From an uncultured archaeon (GTDB lineage Archaea; Aenigmatarchaeota; Aenigmatarchaeia; PWEA01; JAGHBM01): a stretch of 54,828 nucleotides of DNA. Location: positions 1 to 54,828 of the forward strand of contig CAZOZN010000003.1 of assembly GCA_964584335.1 (NCBI GenBank). The letters run 5' to 3'. The translations under genes were made by a program, and so were the position numbers. Below are positions 37,313-47,194 of this stretch, piece by piece. The notes beneath the pieces were generated by a model that had not been told where the DNA came from, did no database searches, and was given only the letters and a program-made list of their open reading frames with translations. Positions within the stretch are counted from its first letter, which is position 1. Each line of letters starts with the position of its first letter.

Positions 37313-38084
37313 GATAGGAGGAAGTGTCATAACCGATAAGAATAAATCAAGGACTGCCAAATTAAATGTTATAAAAAGAATTTCTTCTGAGATATCAAAT
37401 GCAATGAATAATAAAGACTTTAGCCTTGTGCTAGTAAATGGTGTGGGCAGTTTTGGTCATATTCCCGTTAAGGAATATGGTTTGAAGAAGGGGATAAGAG
37501 ACGATAAGACTAAACTCGGCTTTACTCTTGTCCACAAATATGTAGAAGACCTGAACAGGATTTTGTGGGATTCTTTGGAAGAAGAGGGATTGATAGCAAT
37601 GCCTGTGCACCCTTCTTGTTTTGTAGTTCAGAATGACTGGAAGATTTTAAAATTCGACACCTCTGTAATAGAACTTCTTTTGGATAAGAATATAATACCC
37701 CTGCTTTATGGTGATATGGTTTTGGATTTAAAAAACGGCTGTTCTATAATATCAGGTGATGATATAATTCCCTATTTAGCAAAAAAACTTAACCCGGATA
37801 AGGTTTTAATGGGTTCAAATACGGATGGTATTTTTGATAAGGACCCGACAGTTTTTCCAAATTCAAAACTTATACCCAGAATAGATAAAAAAAATTATAA
37901 AGACATTTTAGATTGTATTTCAGGTTCTTCTTCTGCTGATGTTACCGGCGGAATGAGAGAGAAAGTAAGAAAGATTTTCGAAAGACTGGAAGGAAAGGAA
38001 TGCATAATTTTTAATGCAGAAAAGAAGGGATTTACTGAAAGAGTTTTATTGGGCGAAAAAATAGGTACAATCATTTCTTGTTGA
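37290..38084 (+). CDS. ipk: Isopentenyl phosphate kinase
   Basis: LKIGGSVITDK, GVGSFGH, PLLYGD, ISGDD, DVTGGM; start at MKKLILLK. Confidence 0.92.
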   Translation: MKKLILLKIGGSVITDKNKSRTAKLNVIKRISSEISNAMNNKDFSLVLVNGVGSFGHIPVKEYGLKKGIRDDKTKLGFTLVHKYVEDLNRILWDSLEEEGLIAMPVHPSCFVVQNDWKILKFDTSVIELLLDKNIIPLLYGDMVLDLKNGCSIISGDDIIPYLAKKLNPDKVLMGSNTDGIFDKDPTVFPNSKLIPRIDKKNYKDILDCISGSSSADVTGGMREKVRKIFERLEGKECIIFNAEKKGFTERVLLGEKIGTIISC

Positions 38085-39138
38085 ATATTTCTTTTATTCT
38101 TTCTTTTAGTTTTTTCTTATATTCCTCTGACCTGTTCTCGTTTGTGTAAAAATCAGTTTTTATTGCCATGGATATTTCACTTGCTACCGCTCTTGCAACT
38201 TTTCCTCTCAATTCCGGTGGTGAATTTGTAACGTCTGGGTGCAAGAAAATTATTCCGTATTTTGGCGGCCTGCTTTTTTTCTTTGATTTAATAAATCTAA
38301 ACAGAGCCTTTTCCGCGCCAAGCAATTGTATAGTTGAGGAGGGCAGTTTGGAAAGGTTTTTCATTCCGCCGGCAATTACAGTAAGTTTTGCTGCAAGTAC
38401 AGGCCCTGCAACAGCGCTCGTGTTTGGCGCTATTTCCGGCATTAACTTTTCAAGATATTTTTCTATTTTTTCATTTAGCTCAAATATCTCTGTTATTTTT
38501 TCTGCTAAATTTTTGAATGCTTCTATATCCTTTTCGTCTAAATCAATTCCAATTGTGTCTTCAAATCCTTCTATCATTTCTCTTCTTGGTGTTTCTGATA
38601 TAATTTCTGCATATTTTTTGTTGTCTTTTACTTTTTCTTCCAGTTCGGGGTAATAGAATCCATACCACTCATGAAGCCTCTCTGACATTCGGTTTGATAT
38701 GTCTACCAAGTCTTCTATACAAGATGCTGCCTGCATTGCTATTTTATCTTTTTTGTTGCCCTTCTTTATTCTTTTTCTTGTTTTTTCTATCTGCATTTCA
38801 GATATAAATTTGTTTATTTCTGAGGAGTCTCTGGCAAAATTGGTCTTGAGTGCTATATCTCTCATATTGTTTTTGAGGTATTCAAAAACCGAAATTTTAT
38901 CACGAAATTCTATCTCGTATCCCTCTTTATCAAATTCTATGTTTGTTACTATGTTTTTTTCTTTTGTTTTTTTTAGTATTTCTTCAAGTTCCTCTACAAT
39001 TTCTCCCTTTTTCAGTTTCTCAATTTTTTTTAGCGCTTCCTTGGAATCTCTAGGAAAAAGAGAGAAATCTTTAACTTCTTTTCTTTCATTAAAGGAGAAA
39101 ACTCCAATTGCACAGTAAGATAAGTAAATCATACTCAT
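38071..39138 (-). CDS. nop5: Box C/D RNP protein Nop5 (Nop56/58)
   Basis: EWYGFYYPEL, APN, PSSTIQLLGAEKALF, PKYGIIF, RGKVAR. Confidence 0.95.
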   Translation of the reverse strand: MSMIYLSYCAIGVFSFNERKEVKDFSLFPRDSKEALKKIEKLKKGEIVEELEEILKKTKEKNIVTNIEFDKEGYEIEFRDKISVFEYLKNNMRDIALKTNFARDSSEINKFISEMQIEKTRKRIKKGNKKDKIAMQAASCIEDLVDISNRMSERLHEWYGFYYPELEEKVKDNKKYAEIISETPRREMIEGFEDTIGIDLDEKDIEAFKNLAEKITEIFELNEKIEKYLEKLMPEIAPNTSAVAGPVLAAKLTVIAGGMKNLSKLPSSTIQLLGAEKALFRFIKSKKKSRPPKYGIIFLHPDVTNSPPELRGKVARAVASEISMAIKTDFYTNENRSEEYKKKLKERIKEIFNKK

Positions 39139-39195
39139 TTATTAAATAAGTTAAATATAAATAACTAAAACAAGATTCTTAAAAAGGTGATACTT

Positions 39196-39369
39196 ATGGG
39201 TAATATAAGAACGACTTTTATAAAGAAAATGTCGAAAGAGCTTGTTGATAAATATCCAAAAGAACTGACAGGCGATTTTGAAAAGAATAAAGAGTTCCTT
39301 AAAAAAGTTATAGAATCTAAGGAAATAAGAAATAAAGTTGCAGGTTATATAGTTAGCTTAAAGAAGTAA
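39196..39369 (+). CDS. rps17e: 30S ribosomal protein eS17
   Basis: MGNIRTTFIKK...DFEKNK...IRNKVAGYI. Confidence 0.95.
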   Translation: MGNIRTTFIKKMSKELVDKYPKELTGDFEKNKEFLKKVIESKEIRNKVAGYIVSLKK

Positions 39370-39374
39370 TTCTC

Positions 39375-40043
39375 ATGAAGGAAAAGTACCCTGGAATATT
39401 TTTTGATAATAGCAAGATTTTTACATTAAACAGTAGGCCGGGGCAGAAGGTTTACGGTGAATCTCTTAGAAAATTAGGAAACAAAGAATTTCGTGAGTGG
39501 AATCCTTTTAGGTCAAAGCTTGCTGCTGCAATCAAGAAGGGCCTAAAATTTGTACCTATAAAAGAAGGAATGAAAATACTTTATCTTGGAGCAGCCACAG
39601 GAACCACACCTTCTCACATAAGCGACATGGTTGGGGATGAAGGTATTGTATTTTCTGTTGAGTTTTCTGAGAGAATGATGAGAGAATTTATAAGAGTCTG
39701 TGGTCAGAGGAAGAATTTGGTTCCTATTCTCGGTGATGCAAGAAAGATAAAGGATTACGAGGATGTCGTTGAAAGGGTCGACTTGGTTTATTGTGATATA
39801 GCCCAGCCTGACGCTACTGATATTGCTATAAGGAATTGCAATGAATTTCTTAAGAAAGATGGTTATTTCATGATTGCTATAAAGTCAAGGAGCGTTGATA
39901 TAACAAAAAAACCTGACGTAATTTATGATGAAGAACTAAAGAAGATAAGAGATTCCGGTTTTCAGGTAATCGATTGGATGAGACTTGATCCTTTCGAGAG
40001 AGGTCATGCATTTATTCTCGCACGTCAGATACCTTCGAGGTAA
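39375..40043 (+). CDS. flpA: Fibrillarin-like rRNA/tRNA 2'-O-methyltransferase
   Basis: VYGE, REWNPFRSKLAA, LYLGAATGTTPSH, DIAQP. Confidence 0.96.
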   Translation: MKEKYPGIFFDNSKIFTLNSRPGQKVYGESLRKLGNKEFREWNPFRSKLAAAIKKGLKFVPIKEGMKILYLGAATGTTPSHISDMVGDEGIVFSVEFSERMMREFIRVCGQRKNLVPILGDARKIKDYEDVVERVDLVYCDIAQPDATDIAIRNCNEFLKKDGYFMIAIKSRSVDITKKPDVIYDEELKKIRDSGFQVIDWMRLDPFERGHAFILARQIPSR

Positions 40044-41029
40044 TTTTTCAGTCTTTCCATAAACTTGTCCGCATTTTCTATTGGTATTACTGCTGCAGCA
40101 GCCGGTGGGTGTCCACCTCCTGAGCCAAGTCCCCTGCTTAATTTTTCCATTAATTCCGCCAGATTTATTCTAGAAGTTTGGCAGCGTGCGCTCATACTAA
40201 GCACTTTATCCCTTTTGTATATGAAGAAAGCCGAGTCTTCTTTTTTCTCCGACAAAACCGTTGCCAAAGTTGATGTTATTTTGTATTTGTTATATATTTT
40301 GTATATGTAAGCATCTTTTTTTTCAAAATATTGGGAGTGATACCTGAAATCAATAAGTGTGTCATTTAAGGCTTTCTCGAATTTTTTATAGTTGTTTATG
40401 AGGTTACTGTCCATAACATCTTCTGGAGTTTCAGCTTTAGAAAAAATTTCGTAAGCTTTTTCAATACCTTTCTTGCCTTTAACTCCTTTGTTTGCTTCTA
40501 TAACATCTGATAAGAATTTTAAATCTTCGTATTTTTCCTCAAATTTTATCTCGCTTAAATCTCCTTTATCTCCTATAGTACCTACAGCAGCTATCCATGC
40601 ATATTTTTCAATTTTCTTGTCAATTTTTTTAAGTATTTCGTAAACTAGAAGAGATGCCGGTATGTAACATTTCGGGTCCTTAAGTCTCGGGTTTATATGT
40701 ATGAAGTTTTTTTCTTTGTTTAGGTCTTTTTTTGTCGAGTGATGGTCTATTACAAGAACTTCTGAATTGAGTTTTTTAAAATCCCATTGGTTTACTGCCA
40801 GGTCAACGAAAATATTCTTATCGTAGTTGTTAATCTCGTCAATAAGTTCTTCTGTTATGTAAATTCCATGAGAATCGTTTGGAGATGATATCTTTATTTT
40901 GTCTTTCAAAAACTTTGATAACAATGCTGCTGAGCAAACACCATCAGAATCTCCGTGATACACCAGAGTACAATTCTTAATTGAAGATAGAAATTTTTTT
41001 ATTTTATCCATTTCTCTTTTATCAGTCAT
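40025..41029 (-). CDS. DHH/DHHA1 phosphoesterase (RecJ-like)
   Basis: HGDSDG, IDHH, GTIGD, GGGHPPAAA. Confidence 0.88.
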   Translation of the reverse strand: MTDKREMDKIKKFLSSIKNCTLVYHGDSDGVCSAALLSKFLKDKIKISSPNDSHGIYITEELIDEINNYDKNIFVDLAVNQWDFKKLNSEVLVIDHHSTKKDLNKEKNFIHINPRLKDPKCYIPASLLVYEILKKIDKKIEKYAWIAAVGTIGDKGDLSEIKFEEKYEDLKFLSDVIEANKGVKGKKGIEKAYEIFSKAETPEDVMDSNLINNYKKFEKALNDTLIDFRYHSQYFEKKDAYIYKIYNKYKITSTLATVLSEKKEDSAFFIYKRDKVLSMSARCQTSRINLAELMEKLSRGLGSGGGHPPAAAAVIPIENADKFMERLKNYLEGI

Positions 41030-41039
41030 TTTTTTTACC

Positions 41040-44000
41040 CTATTTAACCAGTTCCAAAGAAAAAATTATCTCGCTTTTCTTGTACTTAGAAACTTTACCC
41101 TTATTTTCTTCAAAAAATATTTCTTTTGCACCTACTTCTTTTATTATTTCTTTTTCCCACTTTTCTATTATACTTTTGGTTTTTTTGTCTGTGTCTATTT
41201 TTAATATTACTCTTTGCTCGACCACCAGCTCCATTTCTTTTCTTGTTTTTTGCACATTTCTTATAAGTTCTCTTATTATACTCTCCTCAAATATTTCATT
41301 AGTTTCTTCTGTATCAATGCTAACAACTCCGGTAATTTTTCCTATTCTGAATTCTTTGCCCTCTTTTGAGCTTGATTCTATTATCAAGTCTTCTTTTTCA
41401 AGTTTGAATCCGTCGATTTCTATTGAATTATTTTTCAAGCTTTCAACTATTTTTTTGTTTTCTTCTTTTTCTAACGCCTTTTCTATTTTTTTAACATCCT
41501 TGCCATATTTGGGACCGACCTTAGAATAATTCAGTTTTATATTATATTCGAGAGAAATTTCACCAAATTCTATTTCTTTAGAATTTGTCATTTTAGTTAA
41601 CACTTCTTCAAGATTTTTTGCCGCATTTTCTATTTCTTTAGAGCCACTTATTACAATCTTCTTCAACGGATATCTTAACCCAAATCCTTCTTCCTGTCTC
41701 AGAGAGTTTGATGATTCGCTTATTTTTTGTATTATTTTAAATTGATTCTCTAATTTTTTGTTTATTGATTTTTCTTCACTTTTTGGCCATTCAGACAGGT
41801 GACAACTTTCTCCATAATCCATGCCTGAATATATTTTTTCTGTTATATACGGACAGGCCGGAGCAAGCAATAGTAGTATTTTTTTGAGACAGACGTTTAG
41901 TGTATAGAAAGCGCTGTTCTTATCGCTGCCTTCATATGAAGGCCATGTTCTGTCTCTTACTAATTTTATATATGTTCTTGATAGGTCGTTTACTAGAAAA
42001 TCTTTTATTAATTCAAGTGCCTTATAGCCTTTGTAGTTTTTGTTAAGTTCAGTAGATTCTTTAACAACTGTGTTAAGTCTGCTTAATATCCAGCTGTCTT
42101 CAATATTTAGTTCTTCAAATTCATCTGTTTTTTTACAATATTTTTTAAAGAAAGAATATACATTCCACAGCATGTTCAATTCCTTGTATATTTCCTTCAG
42201 TTCGTCGTAGCTAAAATAAAAGTTGTCTCCCGGAGGAGAAGATAGGAAGTAAATTCTCATAGAGTCTCTTCCATATTTTTCTATTACTTCTTTTGGCGTT
42301 ATTACATTCCCCACGCTTTTTGACATTTCTTTGCCTTGTATATCAAGAATCATACCGTGTGTTATTATATTCTTAAAGGGCCTTTTGTCGAAAGTTATTG
42401 TGCTTAATATTATCTGGCTATTCCACCATCCCCTAAACTGGTCAGAACCTTCTATGTTTAAGTCAGGTGGCCATATTTTTTCAAACAATGCCTTATTTTT
42501 TGGATAGTCCAAAGAAACCCATGAACATACACCCGAATCATACCATACATCCATGACTTCCGGTATCCTTTCCATTTCACCCCCGCACTTACACTTGAAA
42601 ACGATATCGTCTATGAAAGGTTTGTGCAGGTCTTCTATTTCAACTCCCAGTTCTTCTTTTCTTGTTACTATCTTTTTTTCGCCACATTTTTTACAAATCC
42701 ACAGAGGAGCAGGTATACCCCAATATCTTTTTCTTGTTACAGGCCATTCATCCAAGTTCATTAACCAGTCTTTAAATCTTGACTTTGCCCAATCGGGAAA
42801 CCAGTTCACTTTCTCGTTTTCTTCGAGAAGCCTTTTTCTTAATTCGGTTACCTTGAAAAACCACTGGGGAGCAGCCAATTGTATTAAAGGAGTCTTACAT
42901 CTCCAGCAAAAAGGGTAGCTGTGTTTTATCTTTTCATTACCCACAAACATCTCTCTTTTTTTCATCTCTTCTATTAGAAGAGGGTCTGCATCTTTCACGT
43001 ATTTGTTTTCATATTTACCGACTTCTTCTGTAAATTTACCGTCGAACCTTACAGGTGAAAGTTTTTCAAGACCCTTTTCTTTGCCTACTTCGTAATCTTC
43101 TTTTCCATGACCAGGTGCTGTATGAACAAGACCCGTACCTCCTTCCAGTGTAACGTATCTGGAAGAAGTAACAACCCTATGTTTTATTTTTTTGTGTAAA
43201 GGCATGAAATCCTCAAAAGGATGATTATATTCAATGTCTTCAAATTCCTTGCCTTTTTTATTTTCTATTATTTTGTAATCAACAATCTCTAGTTTTTTCA
43301 TTACTTCTTCTACCAAGTCTTTTGCTATAATTAAAATTCCTTTATAGGTTTTTATTTTGCTGTATTCGTAGCTCGGATGTACCATTATTCCTGTATTTGC
43401 CGGTATTGTCCATGGAGTTGTTGTCCATATTAAAAAAAACTCGTTTGATTTTTCTTTTATCGGAAACTTAACATATATTGAATTCTCTGAAACATCTTTA
43501 TATTCTATTTCGTTGTATGAAACAGATGTCTCGCAATGCGGGCATACATGCAGAGGATAAGTGTCTTTAAAAATCAGTCCTTTTTCGAAAGCTCTTTTGA
43601 ACGTAAACCATGAATTTTCTATATAATCGTTTTTTAGTGTTAAATATGGATTTTCCCAATCCATCCAGACACCAAGGTTCATAAACTCTTCATTCATTTT
43701 TGATATGAATTCAGTTGCAAATTTTTTACATTCCTTGTTAAATTTTTCAACTCCGTAGTCTTCTATGCTTTTTTTATCTTTTAGTCCGAGTTTTTTCTCT
43801 ACTTTATTTTCTATCGGCAACCCGTGAGTATCGTAACCGGGTTGATAACGAACATCAAAACCAATCATTCTTCTGAATCTTACGTAAAAATCTTTCAGAA
43901 TCTTGTTATAAGCTGTTCCTAAATGAATATGTCCAGTAGCGTATGGTGGCCCGTCTATGAAGTAGTATTTTTTATTTCCTTCGTTATTATTTCTACTTTT

Positions 44001-44066
44001 TTTAGGTATTTCTTTACTCTTCCACCTTTCTTCCACTCTTTCTTCTATTTCCTTTGGGTTATACAT
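41040..44066 (-). CDS. ileS: Isoleucyl-tRNA synthetase
   Basis: DGPPYATGHIHLG, WTTTPWT, GTGLVH, EGSDQFRGW, EMSKS; start likely MYNPKE. Confidence 0.96.
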   Translation of the reverse strand: MYNPKEIEERVEERWKSKEIPKKSRNNNEGNKKYYFIDGPPYATGHIHLGTAYNKILKDFYVRFRRMIGFDVRYQPGYDTHGLPIENKVEKKLGLKDKKSIEDYGVEKFNKECKKFATEFISKMNEEFMNLGVWMDWENPYLTLKNDYIENSWFTFKRAFEKGLIFKDTYPLHVCPHCETSVSYNEIEYKDVSENSIYVKFPIKEKSNEFFLIWTTTPWTIPANTGIMVHPSYEYSKIKTYKGILIIAKDLVEEVMKKLEIVDYKIIENKKGKEFEDIEYNHPFEDFMPLHKKIKHRVVTSSRYVTLEGGTGLVHTAPGHGKEDYEVGKEKGLEKLSPVRFDGKFTEEVGKYENKYVKDADPLLIEEMKKREMFVGNEKIKHSYPFCWRCKTPLIQLAAPQWFFKVTELRKRLLEENEKVNWFPDWAKSRFKDWLMNLDEWPVTRKRYWGIPAPLWICKKCGEKKIVTRKEELGVEIEDLHKPFIDDIVFKCKCGGEMERIPEVMDVWYDSGVCSWVSLDYPKNKALFEKIWPPDLNIEGSDQFRGWWNSQIILSTITFDKRPFKNIITHGMILDIQGKEMSKSVGNVITPKEVIEKYGRDSMRIYFLSSPPGDNFYFSYDELKEIYKELNMLWNVYSFFKKYCKKTDEFEELNIEDSWILSRLNTVVKESTELNKNYKGYKALELIKDFLVNDLSRTYIKLVRDRTWPSYEGSDKNSAFYTLNVCLKKILLLLAPACPYITEKIYSGMDYGESCHLSEWPKSEEKSINKKLENQFKIIQKISESSNSLRQEEGFGLRYPLKKIVISGSKEIENAAKNLEEVLTKMTNSKEIEFGEISLEYNIKLNYSKVGPKYGKDVKKIEKALEKEENKKIVESLKNNSIEIDGFKLEKEDLIIESSSKEGKEFRIGKITGVVSIDTEETNEIFEESIIRELIRNVQKTRKEMELVVEQRVILKIDTDKKTKSIIEKWEKEIIKEVGAKEIFFEENKGKVSKYKKSEIIFSLELVK

Positions 44067-44260
44067 AAAAACACCATAACTTTTCAAGTTTTAACTTATA
44101 CATTTTTAAACTTTTAGAATCAGTTGCAAGTCTCTTTTTATCATTTTTTTATCCAATTATAAATAATTCACCGGCCATTTAATCGACCAAAGATAGTTAT
44201 TTTAACTAATATTTAAATCCTTGTAATTCTAACTTATAACATAGTTTAAAGAGTGTCTTT

Positions 44261-44701
44261 ATGGCTGAATGCGAGATTTGTGGTTCGGAAGCCAACGGAA
44301 AGGCTAACATAGACGGAGCAGTTGTGAATGTATGTGACAAGTGCTCTAAGTTTGGAAAAAAAGTAGTCGAGTCTGCTAAAATAAAAAAAAGAGTGAATTC
44401 AAAAGAAGAAGATAAGAGATACATAGACCCGGACTATCCTCTAATTATTAAGAAAGCCAGAGAGAATAAAGATATGAAAATAGAGCAATTGGCCAGAAAG
44501 ATAAATGAGAAAGAAAGTGTTATATCAAGGCTTGAGAGGGGTCATCTTTCACCTAGTTTTGGTCTGGCAAAGAAATTAGAATTGTTTTTTGGGATAAAGC
44601 TTATTTTGGAATATAATGATGTTTCTTATTCCAGTACTCAGAAAGAGGACAGTTCACTTACTATAGGGGATGTTATAGACTTGGGTGAACTTGATGATTG
44701 A
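44261..44701 (+). CDS. mbf1: Archaeal multiprotein bridging factor 1 (Zn ribbon + HTH)
   Basis: CEICG...VCDKC, KKARE..LARKINEKESVISRLERG, LTIGD. Confidence 0.9.
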   Translation: MAECEICGSEANGKANIDGAVVNVCDKCSKFGKKVVESAKIKKRVNSKEEDKRYIDPDYPLIIKKARENKDMKIEQLARKINEKESVISRLERGHLSPSFGLAKKLELFFGIKLILEYNDVSYSSTQKEDSSLTIGDVIDLGELDD

Positions 44702-45455
44702 TGTTCACTGCCATCTTGAAAACGAAGACTACTCGGACGACAGAGATGAATTGATAATTAATTTAAAGAAAGAATTGAAAGCTGTCATAACCTCTTGCGC
44801 GCACCCCAAAGATTTTGATGTTACTAGGAGACTTGTTCACGAATATAAAGACTTTATTTTCTGCACATGCTCGATACACCCGATATACATAAAAGAGATT
44901 TCTCTAAAAGAGAAGGAAGAATTTTTTAGACTAATTAAAGAAAATAAGGATAAAATAGCCGCAATAGGAGAGACAGGCCTTGATTATTACTGGATAAAAG
45001 ATAAAAAGTGGATAGAAAAGCAAAAAGAGCTATTTAGAGACTCTATAAAGTTATCGAAGGATTTAAAGAAGCCTCTTGTAATACATGCAAGGGAATCGTA
45101 TGAGGATTGTATTGAGATATTGGAAGAGGAAGATGCTAAAAATGTAAATCTTCATATGTTTGGAGGAAGAAGACTCATAGAGAGAGTTATAAGCAACCAG
45201 TGGCATATTTCTATGAATGCTATAGTTCTTAAGAGCAAAAACCATAAGAAGATAATAAGAGACATGCCTATGGACAGGATAATGCTTGAAACTGATGCAC
45301 CATGGCTGTCCCCATCCGGAGGCAGAAACACGCCTTTAACAATAAAAAATGTCGCTGAGAAAATATCAGAAATAAAGAATATAAGGTTCGATGAGGTATG
45401 GAGATTATGCGGCGAAAACGCTGTAAATTTCTTTGATTTACCAATAAAGTTATAA
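44694..45455 (+). CDS. tatD: TatD-family hydrolase
   Basis: IDVHCH, IGETGLDY, IHARE, LETDAP. Confidence 0.92.
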   Translation: MIDVHCHLENEDYSDDRDELIINLKKELKAVITSCAHPKDFDVTRRLVHEYKDFIFCTCSIHPIYIKEISLKEKEEFFRLIKENKDKIAAIGETGLDYYWIKDKKWIEKQKELFRDSIKLSKDLKKPLVIHARESYEDCIEILEEEDAKNVNLHMFGGRRLIERVISNQWHISMNAIVLKSKNHKKIIRDMPMDRIMLETDAPWLSPSGGRNTPLTIKNVAEKISEIKNIRFDEVWRLCGENAVNFFDLPIKL

Positions 45456-45486
45456 ACATATATTCTCTTATATTCTAAGATGTTTT

Positions 45487-45954
45487 ATGCTAGAAAAAAT
45501 AATGAAAGGAAAAAACGAGGAAAAGAGCATAGCTCTTTACGTTGATGGTCCTAATTTACTCAGAAACGAATTTAACATAGATTTAGAAAAAATGAGAAAG
45601 AAATTGAATAAGTACGGAAGAATAATAATTGCCAAGGTATTTCTCAACCAGTTTGCCTCCGAGAAACTTATAGAAGCAGTCGCAAGCCAGGGATTTGAAC
45701 CTATAATAGAGGTTGGTGGAAAAAAGAATGAACAGAAAAGTGATGTGGATGCTACAATGGGTGCCTCGGTAATGGAAGGAGTTTTTAATCCGAATGTGGA
45801 TATTGTAGCAATTGCAACCAGGGATGCTGATTTCATGCCTGTTGTGCTTAAGGTAAAGAAACACGGAAAGAAGGTTGTCGTAGTTGCTATAAATAAAGGC
45901 TTCTCCGTATCGCTAAAGAATGTCGCCGATTATGTTGAATATTTGAGTGGCTAG
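45487..45954 (+). CDS. NYN-domain (PIN-like) protein, TIGR00288-like
   Basis: YVDGPN, SDVD, TRDADF. Confidence 0.88.
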   Translation: MLEKIMKGKNEEKSIALYVDGPNLLRNEFNIDLEKMRKKLNKYGRIIIAKVFLNQFASEKLIEAVASQGFEPIIEVGGKKNEQKSDVDATMGASVMEGVFNPNVDIVAIATRDADFMPVVLKVKKHGKKVVVVAINKGFSVSLKNVADYVEYLSG

Positions 45955-47150
45955 TTCATTGGAAACCTTAGTATAGCCCCAATACCACCCATTAAGAAGA
46001 ACTGTTCCCCCTCTGAGCTTTCTTTTGATATTATTTCTATTTTACTTCCTGTTTGTTTGGCAAGGTCTTCAAATGCATCTATAATATCCATCTCTCCCAC
46101 TATTTCCATTTGTTTTTTGCATTTCGGGCATTTCTGGTTTTCTTTTTCTTCTATTTTTACGATTTTCTTCTCCCCAAATCCACAATCACACAAATATTCT
46201 ACTTCTTCCCATTCAAGGTCTTCTGAAATAAGAACAGTTTCTGCTGCCCCTATTTCTATAGCCTTTTTGACTTCTTCTATTCCGTAAGTTGCTTTTGGAT
46301 GTCTTGATTGAAGCTCTTCGAAAAATAATTTAAGTACTTTTTTTTCTTTTGATATCTTTGCTTCTTTAAGGAGGTCTTCTGACCTATTAAGAAGCTCGTT
46401 TAAACCTCCTTCGCCTGTATAGCCCGTATCCTTTACTCCTATTACCTTTTTTTTCAAGTCCTCGTTTATGTAGTTTTCATTAAGAAATTTTTCTTTTATA
46501 GGACCAGGTCCTCCTACTATAATACCCTTTAAATCGTCGTCCGAAAATACTTTCTTGTAACAGTCACCTACTTCTTTAAGAAAATCGTTTAACATACCTT
46601 CCCTTATCCTTCCGTAACGTGCCGCAGACTGACCCCCTGCGCGTGTTTTTCCTGGAACTATAGAATCAAGATTTTGAACTATTTTCATTTTCTTACCTTT
46701 CAGTATGCCGAAAGTTGCCTCTCTTCTGTCCATTACCAATAGGCCATAAATATCCTTTTCTTTTACCATATCCTCCAACGGTTCCAACTCAAACTTTTGG
46801 TCACACCAGTAAAGCTTTGTTTTTATGGGTTCTGGAGGTTCGAATGACCATAGTTTTATATCACTGTCTCCTTCATTCTCTGCCACGTTACCGCAAAATA
46901 TGGCCAAACCTCTATCCGGAGTTTTCTTGTACAGCTTTAGATGCTGCTGTATTTTTGTTAGTGCAGAAATAACGTTCTTCCTTACAGTCTTGCTTTTTAC
47001 GTTTTGCGTAAGAGCTATTTCATTTGATATAAGGTTACCTATCTCGTTAAGGTTAAACCCTGCTGGAACATAAACAGTAATTAATTCAGTATGCCTTCCC
47101 TTTTTCTCTTTCAATTCTTTTATCAGTTTTCTTAGTTTGTAGTTGGACAT
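45951..47150 (-). CDS. prf1: Peptide chain release factor aRF1
   Basis: GRHTELITVY, NVKS, YWCD, GGQS. Confidence 0.97.
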   Translation of the reverse strand: MSNYKLRKLIKELKEKKGRHTELITVYVPAGFNLNEIGNLISNEIALTQNVKSKTVRKNVISALTKIQQHLKLYKKTPDRGLAIFCGNVAENEGDSDIKLWSFEPPEPIKTKLYWCDQKFELEPLEDMVKEKDIYGLLVMDRREATFGILKGKKMKIVQNLDSIVPGKTRAGGQSAARYGRIREGMLNDFLKEVGDCYKKVFSDDDLKGIIVGGPGPIKEKFLNENYINEDLKKKVIGVKDTGYTGEGGLNELLNRSEDLLKEAKISKEKKVLKLFFEELQSRHPKATYGIEEVKKAIEIGAAETVLISEDLEWEEVEYLCDCGFGEKKIVKIEEKENQKCPKCKKQMEIVGEMDIIDAFEDLAKQTGSKIEIISKESSEGEQFFLMGGIGAILRFPMN

Positions 47151-47194
47151 ATTTTAACCTTAGTTGAACTAACTAAAATATATAAAAAATAGTG

